From Mobula hypostoma (taxonomy: Eukaryota): a stretch of DNA of 64,000 nucleotides. A program made the translations under genes and the position numbers. Shown piece by piece: positions 25,981 through 36,169 of the stretch. Numbering within the stretch: the first letter of the stretch is position 1; each line of letters begins with the position of its first letter. The DNA lies in assembly GCF_963921235.1 (NCBI RefSeq), contig NC_086101.1:11224001-11288000 (forward strand). Direction: 5' to 3'. Under the pieces are notes generated by a model. The model did not search any database, had not been told where the DNA came from, and worked only from the letters and a program-made list of their open reading frames with translations.

Positions 25981-26284
25981 TTAGGACCCGGGGAATTCAG
26001 GATCCGGTCTCCTGTCTCGCTCCGACCTGTTCCTTCCTCTCCAAAGACTCTGCGGCAATTCCCAGATCTCAGTCACGATTCCCCGCCGCATCAACCTCTC
26101 AGTAATGTTACCACCCCCCACCCCCACCCCCAGCACGATATGAATCCCTCCGATTCCAGGATTCCAGCAAACATGCCCTGACTGCGAACTGCTTCCCGGT
26201 GTCAGGGAGATTCCTCTGGGTCCCGGTCCGTCTCACACTCTTCCGTCCCTCAGACACGGATTAGCTGTTTCCACTTCCAAGTGT
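25981..26284 (-). pseudogene. TRIM pseudo-exon 6: truncated PRY-SPRY (B30.2)
   Basis: After ttctcag: LEVETANP/SEGRKSVRRTGTQRNLPDTGKQF..ACLL/ESEGFIS..HY*EVDAAGNRD*DLGIAAESLERK..ETGS*I; 8-bp duplication ctggaatc, G-run expansion, C-terminal half missing. Confidence 0.9.
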
Positions 26285-27368
26285 CTGAGAATGGTTGGGA
26301 CGAGAGGAAGAAGCAGCGAATGAGAGAGACCCCGGGGATCGGGGGGGGGGGGAGACTTGGACAGCGCGGCCCCGGAACTTGGGAAGAAGCCGCTTGGCCT
26401 CAGGCATCATCAGGAACAGTTCCTGCGGTTTCACACAGCTACAGCGCATGGACAACCAATATCTTCCAGATCAACACACACAAAAATCTGCAGGAACTCA
26501 GCGGGACAAGCAGTTTCTGTGGAGCGATTTGCACAGTCGATGTTTCAGGTTGAGACTGTTCCTCACGGAGACAGCCAGCGGAAACAGGTGTGAGGAAAGA
26601 GTAGAGCAATAACTGGATCCAGATGAGGGTGAGGTGAGTGAATAATGGAGACATTTAAAGAGGGTTCAAGGGGGCTTTTCGGCTGAATTCATTCGTGCTT
26701 TAAGAGCTAGTCCATTTGCCTGAATTTTGCCTATTATTCCTTCAACCCTTTCCTACACACGTACCTGTCCAGATGTCTTTTAATTCATTGTAACTGTACC
26801 CACCTCTCCAGCCTCCTCTGGCAGCCTCCTAATCTCCAGGGGAAATGTCCCAGCCTCTCCTTATAACTCAAACCCTCCAATCCCAGTAACATCCTTGTAA
26901 ATCGGTTTTATACCCTCTCAGTTTAATGAGATCCTTTTTATAGAAAGGTAACCAGATCCAAATCATAAAGACGAGAAAGTCTGCAGATGCTGGAAATCCA
27001 AAGCGATGCACACAAAATCTCGGCCCGAAATATCGACTGTTTATTCATTTCCATAGATGCTGCCTGACATGCTGAGCCCCTCCAGCATTTTGTGTTTGTT
27101 ACAATGCTCCAAGTGTGGCCTTCCCAATGGCTTGGACACCCGTAACGTGACGCCCCTGCTCCTGTACTCTGACTGATGTCGGCATTCACCTCCTGGTCCC
27201 TCTGTTCTACAACACTCTCCAGGGCCTCACCAACCATGTGACAGTGATGCTTCCCAATAGGTGCAGTTGGTACCGGCTTAATCTTCAATTCTCATTTAGC
27301 CTATTTGAGTCTAATTATAACTTAATTGTGTCTAATAAACAAGACCCAATGAATCCGGTATGTTTTAC

Positions 27369-27486
27369 CTCGGTTAATACCGTCAAACGCTTCCCCCAAC
27401 ATTATGTCGAACAGACAGGGATGATAGAGTATTTCAACCCATAGGGCGCCATCTATTACAGACAATTTCTGTTATCATGACTAATC
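27369..27486 (-). pseudogene. TRIM pseudo-exon 5 (118 nt, frameshifted)
   Basis: tttccag|GATTAGT...AACCGAG|gtaaaa; ISHD/QKLSVIDGALWVEILYHPCLFDIMLGEAFDGINR. Confidence 0.8.
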
Positions 27487-27581
27487 CTGGAAATATTATA
27501 CAGCTGGTCATAAACTGAGCATCAGTGACATTTGATCTATTTGACAAATCCATAAAGAGTTTTATAAAGACCATTTCCTAC

Positions 27582-27604
27582 CTCCTTTTCCGACGAGTTT
27601 CCTC
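27582..27604 (-). pseudogene. TRIM pseudo-exon 4 (23 nt)
   Basis: tatttcag|GAGGAAACTCGTCGGAAAAGGAG|gtagga = EETRRKR; a 23-nt mini-exon is characteristic of B30.2-TRIMs. Confidence 0.85.
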
Positions 27605-28467
27605 CTGAAATAAATAAAACACAGATTTCAATTGACTGAGACTGACCGTCGGCATCCCGACAGCAGGAGTATGAGCCAAGTTATTACAAGCCGCTAAAAA
27701 TTCCCATTGAACTCACTGCCACCGACACACACGGAGAAAGACGGGCAGAGAACCACGGGAGTAAGTACAAGGAATGTTTATGAAAATTATACCATAACTG
27801 AGAGATGGAACTTACAGGAGAGACTGGACAGGTTGTGCATTTTTATCTGGATATTATGTCAGGGAGGATCGTTAATAATGCAACAAGAAACGTAGTGAAG
27901 AGAATGTGGAACTCTCTGACACAGGAGTGGTTGAAGTGGAACAGCAGAGGTTGAATGTAAAAGGGAAGCTGGATAAACACATGAGGGACCGTGGAGTTCG
28001 GGGCACTGTTGCTGGGTGTGGTGAGTAAGCGGAGGAGGCTTGTGGAGCAGGGAAATTGATAGGAGAGAATGGATTGAAAGTCCGGTCAGTGGAGTTTATC
28101 CCCACTACCAACCCCATCTATAACAACCTTAACAAACCAGTCATTAATAAATACCACAAGAAATGTGCTGAAGCGAATATCAGGAACACACTCACAACTT
28201 GTGACTGTAACTGGATGTTGCTCAGAGTATTATAGTTGAAATCACAGAAATTATCGTCAGCTCAGTGCTATGATCAGAGTAACTTTTTTCCCGAGAAGGT
28301 TGCAGTCTGTCCTGTGATGTACAGATGTTGTTGGAGGCCGGTTTGGTGAAAACAACAATCCTGAACTGTCAAGACATTCGTCTGGTGAAAATCAATATAC
28401 AACATTAAGTTAAAATACGTCATTTTGTCACTGTGTACTTTTACAGGACCAAACTGAAATCTCTCGC

Positions 28468-28701
28468 CATGAGGAATCTGATATTTTCTTGCTGATAAAT
28501 CCGTTCCTGTAATTTTGAGATTTCCTCCTGGACAGAATTTAAATTCACTCGAATCACTTGAAGACTTTACTCTATTGGATTTAGAATCATATCCTGTTCT
28601 TCCCTCAGATCTCGGAGTGCGCGCTGTTCTTTCTCAATGAGAATCTTGTGTAGTTCAGCGAACTGGGAGGTGATCTGGGACTGGAGGCTGTGTGACTGTT
28701 G
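28468..28701 (-). pseudogene. TRIM pseudo-exon 3 (234 nt, coiled-coil)
   Basis: ctaacag|QQSHSLQSQITSQFAELHKILIEKEQRALRDLREEQDMILNPIE*SLQVIRVNLNSVQEEISKLQERIYQQENIRFLM|gcgaga; in-frame TAA at 28567-28569; donor reads GC. Confidence 0.9.
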
Positions 28702-28914
28702 CTGTTAGATGAGAATTGGAGATAGTTTATTATTTGAGGCTAGTGTTGTATTTCCTTGTGACATAGAAGGTAACCGTACAGCCCATTAAAGTCTATGCTG
28801 GTTCTCAGAACAATCCTCTCCATCACGTTCCCTCACGTCTCCCTGAAACATATACTCCTACTCCAAATCACGAAGTCCAACATCATTCACATACCACCCA
28901 CCTTCACAAGGTAA

Positions 28915-29060
28915 ATTACAGTAGCCAATTTACTGTTGAACCGTGGAATGTTGGCTAAAAAGGGCGCTGTTTTCGGAGAGGATATGCAGACTCCACGCAG
29001 ACAGCACCAGAGGTCGGGATCACACCCAGATCACTGGAGCTGCGATCTTTCACTATTCTG
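28915..29060 (-). mobile_element. Degraded V-SINE in a TRIM intron
   Basis: gcagactccacgcagacagcaccagaggtcgggatc is the reverse complement of the SINE head/V-domain; a similar remnant lies near 48290-48470. Confidence 0.5.
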
Positions 29061-29127
29061 CATTATGCGGGGGAGGGGAGGGGGGAACTACACAACAATG
29101 TTGGAAATTCTGCTCTGGAAGCCTCAC

Positions 29128-29224
29128 CCAAACCCCAGAAATCTTCTCTTTCTGTTGCTGCTCCATTTCCTCGAAGTTTGATTTCTTTTTGTGTGAGAGA
29201 CTCTCAGGAAGATTTAACCCGACC
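29128..29224 (-). pseudogene. TRIM pseudo-exon 2 (97 nt; expected 96)
   Basis: ttcccag|GRVKSS*ESLT/KKKSNFEEMEQQQKEKISGVW|gtgagg; one stop and a +1 frameshift. Confidence 0.88.
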
Positions 29225-29298
29225 CTGGGAATCAGAGAGGGAAGGAACGAGACAATAATATGCAACTAAGCAGGTGATCAAAACCTAGTTAGTTTTAC

Positions 29299-29343
29299 CT
29301 TTCAGATTTCAATTACCTCCTCGGTTAAACTGTCAATCTGTTC
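29299..29343 (-). pseudogene. Collapsed TRIM exon 1 (RING and B-box deleted)
   Basis: EQIDSLTEEVI (residues that precede the RING cysteines) joined to EI*K|gtaaaa (the EIYK exon-1 end and donor). Confidence 0.7.
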
Positions 29344-29572
29344 TATTTTCAAATGTTCGCTCCTGATGAGTGCCTCGTTACTCCAACACTGCTCTCAACA
29401 TTTACTAGACCCGAGTCTCTGTGGTACTTTGTCTCAGCCTCTGTTAATGCATTCCCATCCCCACTGATCCACTGGATCTCTGGCTCAGGATTCCATCCAC
29501 TGGATTTACACACAAGCTGGATTCCCACTCCATGGTATCCCTTCATCTGAATCCGAGGTTCACTCCCTGAAA
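29338..29572 (-). pseudogene. Butyrophilin/B7-family IgC-domain exon, frameshifted
   Basis: gattgcag| phase-1 acceptor; VSGSEPRIQMKGYHGVGIQLVCKSSGWNPEPEIQWISGDG...GLVNVESSVGV matches the BTN C.S.GW.P.P...W pattern; second Cys absent; frameshift near 29369 before IRSEHLKIEQ. Confidence 0.88.
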
Positions 29573-30279
29573 CTGCAATCATCAATGATCAGTCAATAAA
29601 GATCACAAAGAATGGACAGGGCATAAAGGAGAGGAGGGCAACCTCTTTGACACTGTCGTTACATTCAATAAAACCAGAGGGTCAACACTTGCTGTTCTAA
29701 TGTCCTCTGGTAAATTGCATGTGGCCGAGGATACAGAGATCTCTGTTAAAGCCATGGACCCCAACGCCTCCCCCCATTCCCCGACTGAGATCTGATCTCA
29801 TCGTCAATTCCCCCTTCACATCTGCTCCTCAGAATCATTTGTTTTCCTGTATTGAACTACCTATCTGTCAGTACAATATTGAAAACACACAGTGACCCAA
29901 CATTCACAACTTTCCAGCCCAAAGGATTTCACAGTTTATAACAAACTGAGTTCTTTCTCATGGAAAGAAAAGCACTGCAAAATGCTGGAAACCTGGAATA
30001 CTCTGAACATGCTGGAATCAATCAGTGAGTCAGGCATCATCTGTGGAGAGAGGTATTGATTTAATATTTCATGTCATGTTCAGATCATTCTGGGGAAAGA
30101 GCAAAAGTTATCTTCAGCCATGGTTCTTTCATCCTCATAATTTCCTTGTCTTACTGGGTACGTCACAAGGACACAGCAGGACCAGTTGTAGGCCACTTGG
30201 CTGCTTAAGCTGCCCCCCGCCCCCCATTCAATATGAACAGGACTGACCGAAACAAGCCTGAACTCCTCGTCTGTCCTTC

Positions 30280-30690
30280 TCCCAATTACTCCATATCTGA
30301 CACATCTGCTCTCAGGATGAGGCTTTTCATTCCAGAACTAAGGAGATGTCTTCATTTTTCAAAGAAAGGGGCTTCTCTTACTCCACCATCAACGTTGTTC
30401 TCAACCGCATCTCTGCGCATCTCCCCTGTCCATACATCCCTTCCCATAGATCTTACATTCCGTTTGGGTAGCCTCCAACCTGAGGACATGAACATCAATT
30501 TCTCAAATTTCCGGTAATGTCCCCCAACACCACCCATTCGACTCCCTTCTCCATTTCCATCCCTTTTCACTCTCTCACCTTATCTCTTTGCCCACCCATC
30601 GCCTCCTTCTGGTGCTCCTCCCACCTTTTTCTTCCATAATATTGTGTCTTTTTCAGCAATCAACTTCCCAGCTCTTTCCTTCATCCCTTC
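30280..30690 (+). mobile_element. Penelope-like fragment with internal deletion
   Basis: Matches the 2980 and 53400 copies; ends FRLGSLQPEDMNINFSNFR. Confidence 0.8.
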
Positions 30691-30699
30691 CCCTGCAGA

Positions 30700-31030
30700 G
30701 AGAGAACCTGTGGTATGTTGAATACTGGGTGAAATGAGAAGTCTTTGGGATAACTGCAAATCTCTGTCTTTGCTGTTGCTTTGCTCACGGTTGAGTGCTC
30801 GGTGGTGGTGCTGATGCTTGTTTTGCCGGTGGAGGGAGGGTGGATTGTTGCTTGCTGCTACTTACACATGGAAGGGAGGGGAACTGGGGGAGGACTTCTG
30901 GATTCTAACATTTAACTGTCGTTCATTCTTTGGGGCAATCCACTGTTTTCATGGATGATTGTGAAGAAAAAGCATTTCAGGATGTATATTGTATACGTTT
31001 CTCTGACATTAAATTGGAACTTTGAACCTT
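30700..31030 (+). repeat. Unclassified retroposon 3' end
   Basis: Ends attaaattggaactttgaacctttga (polyA-like signal plus short tandem tail); no ORF. Confidence 0.3.
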
Positions 31031-31129
31031 TGAGGTACCCTAAAACGCATCCTTTAACAATCGACTCCAACATCTTTCTAACAACTGAGGTCAAACTAAC
31101 TAGCCTATAATTTTCTTTCTGTTGCCTCA

Positions 31130-31860
31130 GTGACATTTGCCCCACACAGTCCTTCTAGGTGAGGTGACACTTCACCTGTGAGTCTGTTGGGATTGTATAC
31201 GGTGTATGGTGCTCCTGGTGTAGCCTCCTGTATATTGGTGAGACCCGGCGTAGATTGGGAGACTGCTTCACCGAGCACCTAAGCTCCATCCACCAGAAAA
31301 AAACAGGATCTCCCAGTGGCTACCCATTTTAATTTCACTTCCCATTCCCATTCAGTTATGTCTATCCATGGCCTCCTCCACTGTCGTGATGAGGCCACAC
31401 TAAGGTTGGAGGAGCAACACCTTATATTCCATTTGGGTAGCCTCCAACTTGGTGGCATGAATATCGATTTCTCTAACTTCTAGTAATCCCCCCTTCACCT
31501 TTCCTCATTCCCTTTCCCAATCTGACCTCATCTTCTCGCCCGCCCATCACTTCCCTCCAATGCTCCTCCTTCCATTTCTTTCTTCCATGGACTTCTGTTC
31601 TCTTCTATCACACTCCCCTTTCTTCAGCCCTGTATCTCTTTCACCAATCAACTTCCCTGCTTTTTACTATGTCCCTCCCCCTTCAGGTTTCACCTATCAC
31701 CTTGTATTTCTCTCTCTCCTTCCCACCACTTTTTAAATCTACTTCTCAGCTTTTTTCTCCACTACTGCCAAGGGTCTCGGCCCAAAACGTCAACTGTACT
31801 TTTTTCCACAGAAGCTGCTTGTCCTGCAGAGTTCCTCCAGAATTTTGTGTGTGTTGCTAC
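31130..31860 (+). mobile_element. Penelope-like GIY-YIG end plus terminal repeat
   Basis: LLYIGETRRRLGDCFTEHL motif; terminal aagggtctcggcccaaaacgtcaac. Confidence 0.85.
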
Positions 31861-31869
31861 AATAAACGT

Positions 31870-34585
31870 GTACTTGACTGGTTAGCGGATGACCAGGGCA
31901 TTCGATGATACCAGACAAGCTCTTTCCAATGCGACCCTACTGGCACACCCACCCCCAATGCACCATTGCTCTTGATGCTTCAGACTATGCTGGGAGTGCT
32001 GTGCATGAGCAATTGGTCAGAGGCATGTAGCAGTCACTCACCTTTTTCAGCCGGCAGCTCCGTTCCCCAGAAAGGAAGAACAGCGCGTTTGACCATAAGC
32101 TTCTTGGTCTCCATGTGCCTGTCTGCCATTTTCATTTTCTTCTTGGAGGTCACCATTTCACAGCGTCCCTTGTCCTCAAATCCCTCATGCATGCAATAGC
32201 CAAAATATCAGACCCTTGGTCTTCACGACAGCACCGCTAACTGGCCTATGAAACAGAGTTCACAACTGATATACAACATAAAAACGGAAAAAATAATGCC
32301 GTGGCTGATTGCCTATCATGGCCAGCCACTGAGGCCATACACATATGGTTTGACTATGTCGGCATGGCAGTTAACCAAGCTACTGACCCAGAGGTTCAGG
32401 GTTACCGAACAGCAGTCACAGGCTTGCGGTTGGTTGATGTTAAGTTGGGGTTTCTATCTTGTTCAATGTCTCAACCGATTGCCCTCAACCCATAGTGCCC
32501 AAAAATGGGAGGCAGAATGACAAAGGATCTAGTGCTTTACCGGTGTTTATGACAATTAAACTCATCTCAGGCTTCCATCAGGGTACAGTTATCAATTATA
32601 ACCGATGTTTCAAAGACAAACTCTGTCATCTTCTTCAAGGATGATGGAGGCAGGAAGTTTTTGACTCCATACATGGCCTCTCACATTCGGGCCGGATGGC
32701 CTCATAAAAACTGGTTGCACTAAAGGTTGTGTGGCACGGCCTTAGAAAGGATGTGCATGATTGGACTGTAGCCAGTGCTGAGTGCATGTGGTCAAATATT
32801 AACAATCATATTCAGGCACCATTGGCACCTTTTGAGGTCCCTGAGTGATGGTTTGACCAGGTCAATGTGAACCTTGTTGGTCCCCTTCTCCCTTCCAGTG
32901 ATTTCACACACCTACTGACCATAATGGACCATATAACCAGGTGGTCAACCAAGCGTTCATCAGCACATGGGTTGCTCAGTTTGACAACACATGTAATATT
33001 TCCTCTGACCGCAGTCCCCGGTTCATATCGGACCTCTGGGCTGTGATGACCCAGAATCTTGGCATTGGGCTACATCACACCATAACATATCACCCACAGT
33101 CCAATGCCCGAAGCACCTCATTTCACTACTCCTGAAAGGCTGCTCTGAGGGCTTCACTGACCGATGGGTGTTGGCATAATCATCTCCTATGGGTGTTGGC
33201 ATGATCATCTCCCGTGGGTCCTCCTGGGGCTCAGAACAGCTCCAAGAGGGCCTGCAGTCATCCATGGCTGTTGGTATAAGGGCAGCCATTACAAGTGCCA
33301 GGTGATTTCATTCCTGATGCTACGACAGCCTGGTCAGCCTCTCAACAGCATCCCACCCTCTTCAGTAAACTGAATATCTGTTACAAAATACACGTGGACT
33401 AAGATGTTAACTGTCCTCTGCTATCACCAGTGGGATCATCAGTTGATCTGCCACCTGTCTTCAGGAGTTTTGGCCCGCTTATGATCAAGACTCCCTCGAG
33501 GTGGTGGGCCAGCACCACCTCCCACTGGTGAGCTTAAAAACTTGGCATCTGCCTCTATCGGAGTTGTTGGTCACTTCCATCCAACAGATAGTCTACTCTT
33601 CAGGCGTCTATGCAACTACTGAAGGGTTTGCAAGATATGTATACACTGTCTGACTATCTGCCCCTCTGAACATTCTTGGTCCACACCCATGCTGATCCTG
33701 TCTCTGCTGCCTCAGCTACAGCCCTGCTGGTTGACTTGATCTCTCTTCTAGTGAAGCCAAGGTCACGCAGCCATTTCTGGAAGGTGAACGCAATAAACCC
33801 ACGGCAGCCTACTTCGAATTCATAGCATAAGACCTTCCACCCTCTGTCTCTGCACTCTGATCTTAATTCTGCATACTTGGTTAACTTGCGCTCATGGGCT
33901 TCATCGATGTTGTCTTCCCAGAGGACTGTGAGTTCACCAATAACCACTTCTCTACTGGTGTCAATTATTTCTACTTCCCATCATGTCGTACAGCACTCTT
34001 GGGTTCCTACATTCTGCCTGATTTGATTTTGCTCGCATGATGCACACCAACATCCATCAGCTTAAGCCCCTTTATGATGGCCCATTCTGCATTTTGGAAT
34101 GGGGAGAAAACACTTTTTATCACGGAAAAGAAGGGTAAGCCTGAATGTATTTCCATAGATCACCTTAAACAGACCCACCAAGATTTGGAGGAATCTGCTA
34201 CCACGCCCCTGGCGTCACAACGTGACCATGAATATGTCAACAAGCTGGAAGCACCTGCTGTTACCCCACCAATGGAACATAGATCCCGGGCCGAACGGCT
34301 CATCCGAGCTCCCGACAGGCTCACAATGCCAGTTTTAGTGATTTCTGGTGGGAGGGGTGTGGGGAGGGCTACGTAGGGTAATGTAATTGGTGAAAATGTA
34401 TATAATTCACATCCACCAACATTGAGCTGGGTGTTTCACTTTAAGAGACTGGTCTGGCATGATCGCATAAGGTGTCTTTTTACCACGCTTTATGTTCAGT
34501 GTTTGGAGTATAATAAATGCATTGTTCTGACTTCTCTTAAAGAAAAAAACTGCTTCCATCATTTTTGTTGATAAAAACCTACAGT
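31870..34585 (+). mobile_element. Degraded Ty3/Gypsy 3' half (RNase H, integrase, PPT, 3' LTR)
   Basis: ISSDRSPRFISDLW, TITYHPQSN, LPWVLLGLRTAP and PYDGP..ISIDHLK motifs; PPT ggtgggagggg near 34347, then an LTR-like stretch ending ...cctaca. Confidence 0.8.
33375..33962 (-). mobile_element. HERO-like (R2 superfamily, restriction-like endonuclease) LINE 3' fragment
   Basis: ORF 33654-33947: ELTVLWEDNIDEAHERKLTKY...GW....EVGCRGF; followed by a 3' UTR; inserted in the Gypsy integrase. Confidence 0.8.
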
Positions 34586-34839
34586 GTTCTCCAATGACAG
34601 AGTGCACTGAGGAAAAGCTTTTGGATGCAAGTTTGTAGAATATTATTTAAAAACTTTTGAGACAATTGGATGCTCCTATCCAGAAAATAAATATCCTCAA
34701 ATAAAAATGCATTAGTAAATGGACTAGTGAGTATTTATTAGTCAAATGGACTGTAGAACAACAGTCGGTGATTTTAATTCCCTAATATTGACTAGGCCTG
34801 CCAATAGTGCATCGAGGTGTTTGTGGTGGAATTTGCTGA

Positions 34840-35480
34840 GTGCATCCAGGGAAGTTTCTCATACAATATATAAGTGGCCCTACCGGTGAGAGGCTGTCAA
34901 TTCCCTCTTGGAATCAAAGTTTCAAATCCTTTTTGGGAAGGCTGGGTGAGAGGCTCAAATGCCAGTGGGGAAGCACTTTGGGACCAGTGACCATAACCAG
35001 ATTCGTTTTAAATAATTATGGAAGGAGAAGGGAGAGGTTTAAGTCCTCTATCAGAGAAAAGCTGATTTTGATGGGATTTGAAGTTGATGGATAGGCTGTT
35101 TGCTGGTAAAGACTCTGTGAAATGCACTGCTTTTAAAATGACATAGGGGAAGTTCAAAATCAGCGTATTCCATCTGAAGTGAAGGAAAAGGCTGGCAGGA
35201 TGGAGGGATCATGGTTAATGAGGGATAGTGAGGTTCTGGGAGATAAAAAAGATGGAAAGGTAGCTGGGATCAAGCAACTCCCAGGAGTTTTATAAAGAAT
35301 GTATATTTAAAAAGGATACCAGGAGTACAAAAGGACAAGATGACATAGCTTTGAGAGATAAGGTAAAGGAGAGTACTAAGAGATTATGTAAGTGATTTAA
35401 GAACAAAAGTATATCTATAGGTTGTCTGGAGGATCTGTATATTCATTTATGTCTAGAGCCATGAGTGATTGGCGAGAGTG
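34840..35480 (+). mobile_element. Highly degraded CR1 ORF2 fragment
   Basis: Remnants of QY..GPT, HFGTSDHN.IRF and WLMRD. Confidence 0.55.
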
Positions 35481-36169
35481 GAGGGCCGACACTATGGCAT
35501 CAGTTTGAGAGGTAGGCGAACTGGGAAGGGTCCAATGTAGCTGGAGGGTGGGATTTTATACAATCCGTTACCAGCCTCTCAAAGCATGTTGTGTGGGTAA
35601 ACTGTGATCTGGAGGAAGGTTGTTTCATTTTGTTGTCTGTATGTACAGTCAGATGACAATAAACTTGAATTGGAACTTGCTTCCCAAGTAGGTATGTCAC
35701 AACCATGGATTTGGCAGCACAGAAGATACGGCAATTGCACTTGTGAAAATGCACGTGTCAGCTAATTATTATTTAATTGTGATAGTATTTAACTCCATAC
35801 TTGTCATTGCAGTGCTTGTCGAGACTTGGACAGAGCACAGCAACGCTTCGCTGCCTGTTTGCTTCAGCCTTCTGTGAGAAACTGTCTGTCGAATCAACTG
35901 ACTCTGAAGACTGGCAGTATTCATTTAATGTTCAGATGTTCTTTTCAGCTGCAGTGTAAGATTCGTTTTCCGTTTGACCGTTTTAATTAATGGCCCTGTT
36001 TGGCCTAGTGTTTATAGCTTATTTTCCCTTTGACACTGTTAGCATTAAAGTTTGTGAACTATCGACCTGCTTTAGTGTCTCTCACTCCGAACCTGGTAAA
36101 AGCAAGTCTCGGCCACACAAAGATGGACCCAGCAGAGAGAGAGCAGCTGACCTTGCCCGTGAGATTCAT

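Larger units (their letters stand above)
25981..29343 (-). pseudogene. Unprocessed TRIM (RING/B-box/coiled-coil/PRY-SPRY, class IV-like) pseudogene
   Basis: Six collinear exons or exon remnants with splice sites and the exon sizes typical of B30.2-TRIMs; stops or frameshifts in five of six. Confidence 0.9.

Noticed and set aside
25860..26450. CpG-rich stretch with NF-kB-like (GGGAGATTCC) and IRF/ETS-like motifs, read at first as a promoter
   Set aside because: It is the minus-strand PRY-SPRY pseudo-exon; the motifs are coding sequence.
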